Source: an uncultured Chloroflexia bacterium
Lineage (GTDB): Bacteria > Chloroflexota > Chloroflexia > QHBQ01 > JADMIH01
Assembly: GCA_963797095.1 (NCBI GenBank)
Contig: CAWCNY010000005.1
Span: 544,001-608,000 of the forward strand
Length of the DNA: 64,000 nucleotides
Reading direction: 5' to 3'
Shown: positions 50,483 to 60,491 of the stretch, piece after piece
Position numbering within the stretch: position 1 is the first letter of the stretch
Layout: each line of letters starts with the position of its first letter
The notes under the pieces: generated by a model
Seen by the model: the letters and a program-made list of their open reading frames with translations, nothing else
What the model was told of the DNA's origin: nothing
Databases searched by the model: none
Program-made: the position numbers and the translations under genes

Positions 50483-53193
50483 TTTGCACCCGGTCGTAAG
50501 CTGCAGCCAGGATAGAAAGTATTGCCCACTATCTTGGATGTCTGGCCTCGCGTCACATTGCTGTTAGGTCGGAAGTATGGACGGTTGTTGGGTGGTACGC
50601 ATGGCTCAGGACTCCCACACGGATATCCCTGCATGATAAGTCTATCACCCAACCTCTGAATGAAGGGGTAGAAGGTGGATCCCTCAGGTACATCCTCGAA
50701 TGTTTGCCCTGTGGGAATCTCATCGAATCCAGCAGCGTTCGACACAATCTTGGCAAGTTGTCCCCCGGTAGTCGTGGCTCCAGGACGGAAGTATGGACGA
50801 TTGTTCGGTGCTACACAAGGCTCTCCTGGCCCACCACATGGGTAACCGGACATTACTTGGTGTAGCACCAATCGCTCAATCCACAGCCAGAATGTACTTC
50901 CTTCCGGCACATCCTCGAATGTCTGTCCACTTATCGCATCATCGAATCCGGCGGCCGCTGAAACGATCTTGGCTACCTGACCTCTGCTCACATTAGCATT
51001 TGGACGAAAGTAGGGATCGCTGGTGCTGTTGCAAGGCTCACCGGGCCCACCACAGGGGTAGCCATTGATTATCCCCTGACAGGCAAGACATCGCACAAAG
51101 GGATAGGATGTGCTGCCCGGCAATACATCTGCGAACTGAATCGGGCATATTGTAGGGCTGGCTACCGGGCTGGCTGTCGCAGTGCTCGTATGTGTGCTGG
51201 TAGCTGTATTGGTTGGTGTTGTGGTATTCGTGGATGTGCCAGTTGCGGTCGGCGTATTTGTAGCCGTATTGGTCGGCAGAGCGGTGTCTGTAGCTGTTTG
51301 GGTAGGAGTATTGGTCTCGGTTGGAGATGAGGTATTAGTTGGCGTATTTGTTGGGCTGGCGGTATTTGAAGGGGTCTCAGTAGGTATATCTGTAGCTGTA
51401 TTGGTTGGAGTGGAGGTAGGCGTATTAGACTCCCTCCAAGATAGGAAGACTAGGACAGCGATGACCCCGAAGAATCAAGCTTGGTCACGAAAGCATCTGT
51501 TTCACCCGCAAGTGCAGGTTGGAAAGGAGACTCAGTCGGAAAATTCGCGGAATCGGTATAACCGGTTATATAAGAATTGCCACCGGAGTTTAGAGAGATT
51601 TCCTCCCCGATATGGTTACCTGAGCCTCCAAGATATGTGCAAAATTCAAGCCCGGATCCTAATGAGGTAAACTTTGTAACATAGGCGTCGCCATTTCCTC
51701 CATAAGATGGCTGAAAAGCATTCATAACAGGTAGGTCACCTGAGAGTGTATAACCACTAGGTATGCATTGCCTAAGGAATCGACTGCGATGCCGTAACCT
51801 GTATCAGCCCCGCTCCCACCGAAATAGGTTGCACAGGGTTCTGTTGCACCTGCCGCCTCGATCTTGACGTCCTGTATGCCGCTCAAGGATCCTTGATAAG
51901 CATTGTGAGTCGGAAAGTCTGACGACCGGGTATCACCTACGACATAGGCATTTCCGGCAGCATCAAGCGCTAAGCGTGTCGCATGGTCAGGTCCGCTTCC
52001 GCTAACAAAGGTAGAGAACAGCAACCCAGAACCGGAGGAATCGAGCTTTGTTATGAAACCGTCAACTCCTCCGCCAATGCTGAGCTGGACAGCCTTAGTA
52101 ATGGGGAATGATGCAGACGTTGTGGAGCCGATCAAGTAAACTTCCCCTAGGCTATTCACAGCAATGTCCTGGCCTTGGTCGTCTGCTGTGCTACCGAGGT
52201 AGGTTGAATAGATGAGAGTTGTTCCAGCAGCACTTAGTTTGGTTACAAATGCGTCATTCCCGCCCGCATAAAAGGGTTGAAGTGCGTTTGTTATAGGGAA
52301 GTTCGAAGAGAGAGTGGGACCTGTTACATACATATTCCCTTCGCTGTCGATAGCAATACCCTGCCCACGGTCTGTGCTGGTGCCTCCCAGATACGTGGAA
52401 TATAATAGCGTGGGATCGAGCACCAATGGCAATGACCTGTCATACACTCCCATTATGAAACCTACTGTACCATCGCCGTAAACCTTGAATTGGGCCACTA
52501 CGGGCACCTGCGTGCCCCCGACTGTCTGCCAGGCTACCGGGGCGGCTTCAGTAGCCGTCAGTGCTTCCCCATCCTTGGATGAGAGAGTTAGCTGTAGATT
52601 GCCCTGAGCGTCGATATTTGTGTTGCTTATGGCGGTATAGCTCCATCTAATTACTGATGGATCGGCGCCTGGTGCTATCGTATAGGTGCTTTTTAGGTGT
52701 CCTTCTGTGCCTGAGTACGTCAGGTCTATCCCGTCGTAGAGTTGCGAGTATGTGATGCCTGCGTATGTTGGCAGATCGGTGTGCCACTCGGCGGGGTCGT
52801 TGCCTATGATGTAGTTCACCCGGCCCGGCAGCGGATCGCCAACAGCTACGACCGGCAGAGGATTAGCGCCCGCAAACTGGTTCTCAGCACTCCTGTATCT
52901 GGACTGGCCCCTTTGAGGCTGAGCACCACTTCTGATGGAGCGAAGTAGAAGGTGCCTCCTGAGGCTCGCGCCATGTATTGAACTTCGCCGTTGGTTTGCC
53001 CTGCATTGGGCTCGAAGGAGAGCGGCAGTTTGCTGAGGCTAGGTGTGGTGGAAGTCTGTTGGATTGTGTGCGTCACCGACAGGGAAATGGCAGCTACTAA
53101 AGCACTCACAGTTAGCAGGAGCGTAAGTAGAAAAGGCCACATTCTATTGGGAGGTAAGTCTGAGGTTCGAACGCGCGTTGCCTGGGCAAGCAT
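50479..53193 (-). pseudogene. Secreted beta-propeller (SBBP) / Pro-Thr linker / SLH-like surface protein, multiply disrupted
   Basis: LPLSFEPNAGQ, YSTYLGG and DAFVTKL repeats, PT-rich linker, [16 protein letters not shown] modules; frameshifts near 52850, 51745 and 51430 plus TAG at 51450. Confidence 0.85.
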
Positions 53194-53409
53194 GAGACTA
53201 CCTCCTCAAGTCAGGGCGGGTGAGCGGCATACACTCGAATCGGGCTGGGTCTCCGCAGCCCGGCTTACGGTGCTAGTCTAGCATACTTATACGCGATAGG
53301 CAATAGTACCTTCGCACTGTGGGTATTAGCCCCTTCAGTGGATAGAGCAACGCGACTCACAGTATGTAGCCGTTACCCTGTCGCCTCCTGCAAGGCCTAT
53401 CTTTTTGCG

Positions 53410-54705
53410 CTAGCGCCCCATACCTATATATTGCAGTCCTGCCGACCTTATCTCGGTGCGGTCCAGGCTGTTGCGGCCATCCAGCACAAGCCTGTACCCT
53501 TTGGCCGCCAGCGCCCCCCAGTCAATTGAGCGGTAACCCTCATGGTGGGCCTGCAAGATCACGGCATCGCCCGTGGGGATATCGTCTAGCGGAACAGCAC
53601 TCACGCCGAACTGCTCGATCTCCTTGTCGGTGTAGAGTGGGTCGTTCACAAGTGGGGTGGCTCCAGCCTCCTTAAGCTCCTCGATCAGGCGCACCGCCCC
53701 CGAAAAGGCGATCTCTTTAACGTTCTCACGGTAGGACAGTCCGAGGATCAACACTCGTTTGCCTTTCAGGCCACCCAGCGCTTCTGATACTCGTTCGAGT
53801 GCCCAGGCCGACATGGTATCGTTCACCTGGCGGGCGGTGCGTGGGAGGTTCATCTCACCCTCGCCTGCGCTGTTGATCAGGAAATAGGGATAGACCGGGA
53901 TGCAGTGCCCCCCGACCGCTATGCCCGGCCTCAGGATATGTGAGTATGGCTGGGAATTGGCCGCAAAGATCGCTTCGTCTATGGGCAACCCGCGTGCCTC
54001 GGCGAAGCGGGCAAACTCGTTGGCTAAGGCTATGTTCACATCTCGGTACGTGGTCTCTATCAGCTTCACAAGCTCGGCGGTGTCCGCGTTCTGGGTGGTC
54101 AGGGTGCCCGCACCTTCAAGCACCTTCATGTAGAACTGGTTGGCATGCTCGGTGCATTCTTTGGTGAGGCCGCCCACCACCTTCGGGTATTGCCTCAGGT
54201 CGCGAAAGATGCGGCCACTGTAGACCCGCTCAGGGCTGAAGGCTAGCCGGAAGCCTCGCCCTACTCTTAGTCTGGATCGCTGCTCCAGAATAGGAGCGAA
54301 GCGGGTGCGGGTGGTGCCCACCGGGAGGGTGGTCTCGTAGATGACGAGGGTGCCCGGCTGCAATCCCGCGCCCACCGAGGCGGTGGCGGCATCAATGCTT
54401 CTGAAATCGACTTGATGCGTTGATTCGTCGACGAGCACAGGCACGATAATAACCACCACGTTGCTCTGGCGCACCGCTGCCGTGGTATCGGTGGTGGCGG
54501 TCAGGTAGCCTGAGGCCACGGCATCGCGCACGCGCTCTTCGAGGCCCGGCTCCTCCTTGATGTGAGAGTGCCCGGCGTTGATGGTCGCCACCACTTCGGG
54601 GTTGATGTCGCAGCCTATAACGCGCTGGCCGCTGTGCACGAATTGAGCCGCAAGCGGGAGGCCTATCTTCCCTAACCCCACTACAGCCACTGTGTACTCA
54701 GACAA
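53410..54705 (-). CDS. UDP-HexNAc 6-dehydrogenase (WbpA/WecC-like)
   Basis: GLGKIGLPLA, FSPER, KLIETTYRDVNIALANE, GGHCIP. Confidence 0.93.
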   Translation of the reverse strand: MSEYTVAVVGLGKIGLPLAAQFVHSGQRVIGCDINPEVVATINAGHSHIKEEPGLEERVRDAVASGYLTATTDTTAAVRQSNVVVIIVPVLVDESTHQVDFRSIDAATASVGAGLQPGTLVIYETTLPVGTTRTRFAPILEQRSRLRVGRGFRLAFSPERVYSGRIFRDLRQYPKVVGGLTKECTEHANQFYMKVLEGAGTLTTQNADTAELVKLIETTYRDVNIALANEFARFAEARGLPIDEAIFAANSQPYSHILRPGIAVGGHCIPVYPYFLINSAGEGEMNLPRTARQVNDTMSAWALERVSEALGGLKGKRVLILGLSYRENVKEIAFSGAVRLIEELKEAGATPLVNDPLYTDKEIEQFGVSAVPLDDIPTGDAVILQAHHEGYRSIDWGALAAKGYRLVLDGRNSLDRTEIRSAGLQYIGMGR

Positions 54706-55744
54706 GGCTCTCTCCCATTTCTATCACTCTCCCATTCATGCCTGCTTGCACCAGCTTTTGTACTATTGCGAGGGCGGCTATGCCGTCTTCTGCCGATACT
54801 ACCGGTGCATCTTCGCCCCTTGTGGCGCTGAGGAATGTTTCAAGCTCGATCCTCAATGGTTCAGACTTGTCGATCCGGAGGCGCACCATATCGCCTTCGC
54901 TCACGCCTGAGATATTGGAGATGGTGTCCCAGTCGGTCTTGACGTAGTTGTTTTCGTAGAAGTAGAGGTCCTGCGTCAGGTAGTTGACGTGGAACATGCC
55001 GCGCTCGCCTGTGATCATCAGCTCGCGTATCTTGGTGGGGGTCAGCCAGTTGATATCGAGCACTCCGATTATGCCATCCTGAAACCTGAGAAGGCCCGAT
55101 ACGAGGTCTTCGTGCTGGGTGTGTATCTGGCGGGCGGTCTCGGCGTAGACGCGCTGCACTTCGACTCCGCTCAGCCAGCGCATGATGTCAACGTCATGGG
55201 TGGCCAGGTCGATTACCACACCTACATCGCGGACGCGAGGGGGGAAGGGGCCAAGCCTGCGGGCGTGCATCTTGAATACTCGTCCCAACTCGCCCGCCCG
55301 CAGGCGGCTGAACAACTCGACTATGGCGGGATTGTAGCGTTCTATGTGGCCGACAGCGAGGAGCACGCCCGCCTGTTGGGCTGCCTGCATCAGCTCGCGA
55401 CCTTCCTCTACAGTGGAGGCTATCGGCTTTTCGACTAGCACATGTATGCGGCGTGCAAGGGCGTCTAACACCACCTGGCGGTGCAGAGCGGTCGGTACGG
55501 CCACTATCACGGCATCGGGCTTTTGTCCATCCAGCATCTGGAGGTAGTCGGTGTAAGACGGGATGCCGAAGCGGCGCGCCGCCCGCTGTGCGGTGGACTC
55601 ATCGGCATCGGCCAAGGCTATAAGGTTGGCGCTATCGATGTCGTGCAGGACGCGCAGGTGGTTGCGGCCCATCGCGCCCGCGCCTATGACGGCTACGCGC
55701 TGCGGGTTATTCTGGGTTACGGTGGAGGATTGGGTGTTGGTCAT
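54698..55744 (-). CDS. Gfo/Idh/MocA oxidoreductase (WbpB-like 3-dehydrogenase)
   Basis: GAGAMG, VEKPIA, GHIERYNPA, DLATHD. Confidence 0.9.
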   Translation of the reverse strand: MTNTQSSTVTQNNPQRVAVIGAGAMGRNHLRVLHDIDSANLIALADADESTAQRAARRFGIPSYTDYLQMLDGQKPDAVIVAVPTALHRQVVLDALARRIHVLVEKPIASTVEEGRELMQAAQQAGVLLAVGHIERYNPAIVELFSRLRAGELGRVFKMHARRLGPFPPRVRDVGVVIDLATHDVDIMRWLSGVEVQRVYAETARQIHTQHEDLVSGLLRFQDGIIGVLDINWLTPTKIRELMITGERGMFHVNYLTQDLYFYENNYVKTDWDTISNISGVSEGDMVRLRIDKSEPLRIELETFLSATRGEDAPVVSAEDGIAALAIVQKLVQAGMNGRVIEMGESLV

Positions 55745-56018
55745 TCGGTGTCGAGCCTGAGTTGTTTGATGGTTTGGTATACCCCAATGGATACTATTCT
55801 GTATTTTATCTCCTTTTTCATTGTCTCGTTGTTTTTGGGTGTATTCTTCCCTCTACTTAGTAAATGACATTACTCCCCGGATTCTGGACAGGAAATTGGT
55901 ACGAATCTGATAGAGTTTTCCACATCCTTGCGATCTTTGGAAGGGTTAGGCCTGGATAGCGTAGATCAACGCGCCTTTCCTCATGTAACTGTCTCTGGAA
56001 AACCTCTCCGTCCCTCTC

Positions 56019-56124
56019 TGCCATCCTGAGCGAAGGACCTCGATCCTGTCGAACATCTCTTGGGATGACTCGCTCCCCACGATGATCTTGGAGAGCGAGA
56101 TCCTTCGCCTCGCTCAGGATGACA
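56019..56124. repeat. Palindromic repeat element / MITE-like (TGTCATCCTGAGCGA ends)
   Basis: 15-bp inverted termini matching at 14/15 positions (56019-56033 and 56110-56124). Confidence 0.65.
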
Positions 56125-56210
56125 AGGTGGGCATGGGAGGCTACTCCTAAGAGCTCCGCAAGGGATTGGGCGAGGCATGCCTCGCTCCTAGAGGTTGGAT
56201 TGGTTGGCGG

Positions 56211-57290
56211 CTAAAGGGTGTTGACTGCCTCCAATATGGTTTCGAGGTCTTGCTGGGTGAGGCCTGGATGAACGGGGAGGGAGAGGACTTCGCGGGCGGC
56301 TCGCTCGGATTCGGGGAAGGATTGGCCGCCGTAGCCGAGGTCGAGATAGAGTTGCTGGCGGTGGACAGGCACGGGATAGTAGATCTCGGTGCCGATGCCG
56401 CGCTCGGCCAGCTTGCGGCGGGCTTCGTCGCGGTCGAGGGGAGGGAGAACGCGCACGGTGTACTGGTGGAAGACATGGCGAGTGCCTGGGCGCACCTGCG
56501 GCACCTGCACCTTGTCGGCGGAGAGATGGGCGCTGAGATAGGCGGCGTTGGCGATGCGGCGCCCGTTGAAGTCTTCGAGCTTGGGGAGCTGAGCTTTGCC
56601 TATGGCGGCGTGGATGTTGGTCATGCGGAAGTTGTAGCCGAGGCTCTCGTGGTAGTAGCGTACCCTCATGCCGTGCGCCCTGGCGAGTCGTGCGCGGTCG
56701 GCTGCGCAATCGTCGTCTGTGGTGACCATGCCCCCTTCTCCGGTGGTGATGTTCTTGGTGGGGTAGAAGGAGAAACAGCCTGTGCCCCAACTGCCTGCGC
56801 GCTTGCCACCTATTTCGGCCCCGTGTGCCTGGGCCGCATCTTCGATGATCAGCAGGTTGTGCCGCCGGGCGATCTCAGCTATGCGCGGCATATCGGCGGG
56901 ATTGCCGAACAGGTCGATAGGCATGATGGCCTTTGTGTGCTTCGTTATGACGGCCTCTATAGCGTCCACGTCGATGTTATAGGTAGCGGGGTCGATATCG
57001 ACAAAGACCGGTTTGGCACCCACGTACAGGACCGAGTTGGAGGAGGCTATGAAGGTAAACGGAGTAGTGATAACCTCGTCGCCGGGGCCGATCTCGTGGG
57101 CCAGCAAGGCTACATGGAGGGCGGTGGTGCCGTTGCTGGTGGCGATGGCGTGCTTAACGCCACAATAGGCGGCGAACTCCTGCTCGAACTCGGCAACGAC
57201 GCTGCCCTGGGCTAGCTGGCCGGAGTCGAGCACTGCCATTACAGCCGCTTTTTCTTCTTCCCCGATCTGTGGCCGGGCGATGTTGATCAT
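56211..57290 (-). CDS. DegT/DnrJ/EryC1/StrS aminotransferase (WbpE-like)
   Basis: SNGTTALH, EDAAQAHGA, FSFYPTKNITTGEGG, GYNFRM. Confidence 0.95.
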   Translation of the reverse strand: MINIARPQIGEEEKAAVMAVLDSGQLAQGSVVAEFEQEFAAYCGVKHAIATSNGTTALHVALLAHEIGPGDEVITTPFTFIASSNSVLYVGAKPVFVDIDPATYNIDVDAIEAVITKHTKAIMPIDLFGNPADMPRIAEIARRHNLLIIEDAAQAHGAEIGGKRAGSWGTGCFSFYPTKNITTGEGGMVTTDDDCAADRARLARAHGMRVRYYHESLGYNFRMTNIHAAIGKAQLPKLEDFNGRRIANAAYLSAHLSADKVQVPQVRPGTRHVFHQYTVRVLPPLDRDEARRKLAERGIGTEIYYPVPVHRQQLYLDLGYGGQSFPESERAAREVLSLPVHPGLTQQDLETILEAVNTL

Positions 57291-57335
57291 GTTAGTACTC
57301 CATACGTGATACGTGATACGTTAGGATAGCGTTAG

Positions 57336-57383
57336 GACGAGGGATGAGTGACGAGGGATGAGTGACGAGGGATGAGTGACGAG
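57336..57383. repeat. 14-bp (double heptamer) tandem repeat GACGAGGGATGAGT x3.4
   Basis: Read directly; TACGTGA repeats adjacent at 57303-57323. Confidence 0.92.
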
Positions 57384-57404
57384 TTGCTTATTCCTTGATT
57401 GGTG

Positions 57405-57989
57405 TTATTTGGGTATGTCTAGTGCGATTTCTCGGGCGCAGTGGGGGCATTTCCAGATGTCTTGTTCTTTTGGCTCCAGTTTGTGGCCGCAGGGGCAGGC
57501 CCATCCTCTGAGGCGGGCGGGATTGCCGTATGCTAGACCGTAGTCGGGGATGTCGCGTGTTACCACCGAACCTGCGCCTATCATGGCCCAGCGGCCTATG
57601 GTTACTCCTGGTACTATTATCGACCCGGCACCAATGGATGCGCCTTCCTTTACTAATACGTGGCCTAGCTCCCAGTCGTCATCGCTCTTGAGGGTGCCAT
57701 CGGGGTTGATGGCCCTGGGAAGGCGGTCGTTGGTGAATATCACATGGGGGCCGACGAAGACGCCGCTTTCAAGCTCTACACCATGATAGACGCTTGAGCG
57801 GTTCTGAATCTTAACATTGTTACCGATGTGCACTCCGAAGTCTATGTAAACACCTTTGCCTAGAATGCAATTGCGCCCGATCACTGCGCCCTCACGTACC
57901 TGGGCTTCGTGCCAAACGCGCGTACCCTCGCCCAGTGTGGCTTTGGGTGATACGTCGGCTGTGGGATGGATGTAGATGTTTGGGTTCAT
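57405..57989 (-). CDS. Hexapeptide N-acetyltransferase (WbpD-like)
   Basis: IHPTADV, VKIQN, FTND, GASIGA, GNPAR, C-terminal CPCG..CPHC. Confidence 0.93.
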   Translation of the reverse strand: MNPNIYIHPTADVSPKATLGEGTRVWHEAQVREGAVIGRNCILGKGVYIDFGVHIGNNVKIQNRSSVYHGVELESGVFVGPHVIFTNDRLPRAINPDGTLKSDDDWELGHVLVKEGASIGAGSIIVPGVTIGRWAMIGAGSVVTRDIPDYGLAYGNPARLRGWACPCGHKLEPKEQDIWKCPHCAREIALDIPK

Positions 57990-57994
57990 GGTGG

Positions 57995-58045
57995 GTGGCG
58001 AGTGGCGAGTGGCGAGTGGCGAGTGGCGAGTGGCGAGTGGCGAGT
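57995..58045. repeat. Heptamer tandem repeat (GTGGCGA) x7
   Basis: Read directly from the sequence. Confidence 0.97.
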
Positions 58046-58063
58046 ATTAGCAGTAGTGGTTGT

Positions 58064-59128
58064 TCAGGCGTTGGATAGTAGGTTGGCTATGGCCTGGGAT
58101 GCCTGGCCGTCGCCGTAGAGGTTTGGCGGGGTGTTGGCCGGGCGGGGTTTGGATAGGGCGGCAAGGATTTGGGCGGGGTTGGTGCCTGCCAGGGTATTCC
58201 AGCCGCACTCAACCGTTTCTACCCATTCGGTTTCTTCGCGCAGGGTAATACATGGCACACCTAACCAAAGAGCTTCTTTTTGGACGCCGCCAGAATCGGT
58301 CAGGATGGCGCTCGCGTGCCTTTCGAGGGCCAGCATCTCAAGATAGGAGACAGGCTCGGTGGCGATGATGTTGTCGCCTGGTACAATGCCTGCTTCCTGA
58401 ATAGCTTTGCGGGTGCGGGGGTGGATCGGAAAGACGACGGGCTGCCCGGCCATGCTCAGGGCAGATATGATAGCCGCAAGGTTAGCTGGATCATCGGTGT
58501 TTGAAGCACGATGCACGGTGGCTAGTAAATAGCCATTGCTTTGGACACCTAGCCTTGATAGGACCGCATCGGCATCGCTTCCTTTTTGCTCTACGGCCCA
58601 CAGGATGGCATCGAACATAACGTCACCAACGATATAGACGCCTTCGCGTATACCCTCTTGCTCAAGATTGTAGGCAGCTACACCTGTGGGGCAGAATAGG
58701 AGGGAGGAGAGCCTGTCGGCCAGCACGCGGTTGATCTCTTCGGGCATAGCGCGGTTGAAAGAGCGCAGGCCAGCCTCGACATGGGCAACGGGTATGGATA
58801 GCTTGGCGGCGGCAAGCGCCCCGGCCAGGGTGGAGTTGGTGTCGCCATAGATGAGGACGCAATCGGGCTTTTGGTCGAGGAGGACCGACTCAATGCCAGT
58901 TAGCATGGCGGCGGTCTGCGATGCGTTGGTGCCTGAGCCGACACCCAGGTTGTAGTCGGGAGGGCGCAGACCCAGTTCATCGAAGAAGACGGCAGACATG
59001 GCCCGATCATAGTGCTGGCCTGTGTGAAGGGATATTTCAGTGATGCCTGCGCGCTGGAGGGCGCGGCTTACAGGTGCGGCTTTTATAAATTGTGGACGAG
59101 CACCTACTACGGAAAGAATCTTCTTCAT
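58064..59128 (-). CDS. wecB: Non-hydrolysing UDP-HexNAc 2-epimerase (WbpI/WecB-like)
   Basis: VGARPQFIK, HTGQHYD, GDTNST, HVEAGLRS, TDSGGVQKEA, LYGDG. Confidence 0.92.
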   Translation of the reverse strand: MKKILSVVGARPQFIKAAPVSRALQRAGITEISLHTGQHYDRAMSAVFFDELGLRPPDYNLGVGSGTNASQTAAMLTGIESVLLDQKPDCVLIYGDTNSTLAGALAAAKLSIPVAHVEAGLRSFNRAMPEEINRVLADRLSSLLFCPTGVAAYNLEQEGIREGVYIVGDVMFDAILWAVEQKGSDADAVLSRLGVQSNGYLLATVHRASNTDDPANLAAIISALSMAGQPVVFPIHPRTRKAIQEAGIVPGDNIIATEPVSYLEMLALERHASAILTDSGGVQKEALWLGVPCITLREETEWVETVECGWNTLAGTNPAQILAALSKPRPANTPPNLYGDGQASQAIANLLSNA

Positions 59129-59205
59129 AAATGTGATGCCTGCGTGGGCCAAAGGGTATTATACCACCCTCATGTGGGAGGTCGCAAAGGGTTTTGCAGG
59201 CTATG

Positions 59206-59369
59206 CAGGGCGGGTGCAAAGTCAGGCGTCAATGCGAAGTTAGCTGGTTGGGCAACCGTGACCGGCATATTGCCAGGTCCGGCTAGGCGTCAATGGCAAG
59301 AGCTACTTTCTCGGAAAGGGTTCCAGCGACCATAATTGCGGGTTCATGCCTGACTTTGCATCCGCCCTG
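59206..59369. mobile_element. 164-bp MITE with ISAs1-like ends
   Basis: 24-bp TIRs CAGGGCGG(G/A)TGCAAAGTCAGGC(G/A)T matching at 22/24; 10-bp TSD GCAGGCTATG at 59196-59205 and 59370-59379; no transposase ORF. Confidence 0.88.
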
Positions 59370-59453
59370 GCAGGCTATGGGTTCGTGTGCAACCTGCAAA
59401 CCTGAACTAAGATTTCGCGAGGTCCTGTGTTTAGCGTTATTCTGAGGAAGTAA

Positions 59454-60491
59454 TTAGCTTGCCTGGATGGGTCTGCCGGAGGCTGCTTCCTGGGGAGTGT
59501 TGTCTGCCAGGCCGCGAAATATGGTCATTATGTCCTGCTGGACGGCAGAGCGTGCAACCCGAATGGCGTTCTTGATGGCTTTGGCATTGGAGCGGCCATG
59601 AGGCTTGATGAGGATGCCGTCGACGCCCATCACAATTGAGCCACCATACTCGGCATAGTCGAGACGGTTGGCGATGCGCCTGAAGTTGGAGCGCAGGGCA
59701 GCGGCCAGGAGCTTGGAGAACAGGGAGGAGGTAAGCTCGGCGCGGATGGAGTTGAAGATCATTTTGCCCACACCTTCGGTTGTCTTGATGATCACATTGC
59801 CTGTAAAGCCATCGGTAATGACCACATCGGCCACGCCAGCCGGGATGTCTTTGCCTTCGATGTTGCCGATGAAGTTGAGATCGCTCTCTCGGAGGAGCTT
59901 GAAGGCTTCCTGCACAAGCTCGGAGCCTTTGATCTCCTCTTCGCCGTTGGAAACGAGAGCGACGCGCGGGTTGGGCACTGCTAGGACTCGTTCTGTATAG
60001 ACCGCGCCCATGCGCGCCCATTGCAACAGATAGTGGGGCTTGGCGTCGGGGGTCGCACCTACATCGGCGAGGAAAACCTTGCCGATGTTGCCCATAGCCG
60101 GGAAGGGAACGCCGAGGGCAGGGCGGTCGATACCGGACACGCGCCTGAGTATGAACGTTCCACCCGCCACTACCGCGCCCGTGTTGCCGCCGGAGACGAC
60201 AGCGTCCACTTTGCCACCGGCAAGCAGGTGAAGGGCCACGGAAAGAGAGGAGTCGGGCTGACGCCGCCATGCGGTAGAGGGTTGGTGTTCGTCCATAGGG
60301 ATCACGGAGGCAGCAGGCTCGATGGGTAGGGAAAGACCGGTGGTATTGGCTTTGCCAAGCTCGCTTTGTAGAGCACCAGGATTGCCTACGAGCACGATCT
60401 CTATTTCGTATTCCCTGGCGGCCAGCACTGCACCGGCCACCGTTTCGACAGGAGCATTATCCCCGCCCATAGCGTCAAGCGCGATTCTCAT
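59454..60491 (-). CDS. plsX: Phosphate acyltransferase PlsX
   Basis: IALDAMGGDNAP, SGGNTGA, GIDRPAL, TDGFTGN, HGRS. Confidence 0.98.
   Translation of the reverse strand: MRIALDAMGGDNAPVETVAGAVLAAREYEIEIVLVGNPGALQSELGKANTTGLSLPIEPAASVIPMDEHQPSTAWRRQPDSSLSVALHLLAGGKVDAVVSGGNTGAVVAGGTFILRRVSGIDRPALGVPFPAMGNIGKVFLADVGATPDAKPHYLLQWARMGAVYTERVLAVPNPRVALVSNGEEEIKGSELVQEAFKLLRESDLNFIGNIEGKDIPAGVADVVITDGFTGNVIIKTTEGVGKMIFNSIRAELTSSLFSKLLAAALRSNFRRIANRLDYAEYGGSIVMGVDGILIKPHGRSNAKAIKNAIRVARSAVQQDIMTIFRGLADNTPQEAASGRPIQAS

Noticed and set aside
51182-51670. Val/Gly-rich plus-strand membrane protein
   Set aside because: It is the antisense reading of the Pro/Thr linker of the surface-protein pseudogene.
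55750-56010. Small gene or MITE in the AT-rich gap of the wbp-like operon (faint similarity to 42065-42224)
   Set aside because: No credible ORF, TIR pair or TSD could be established.
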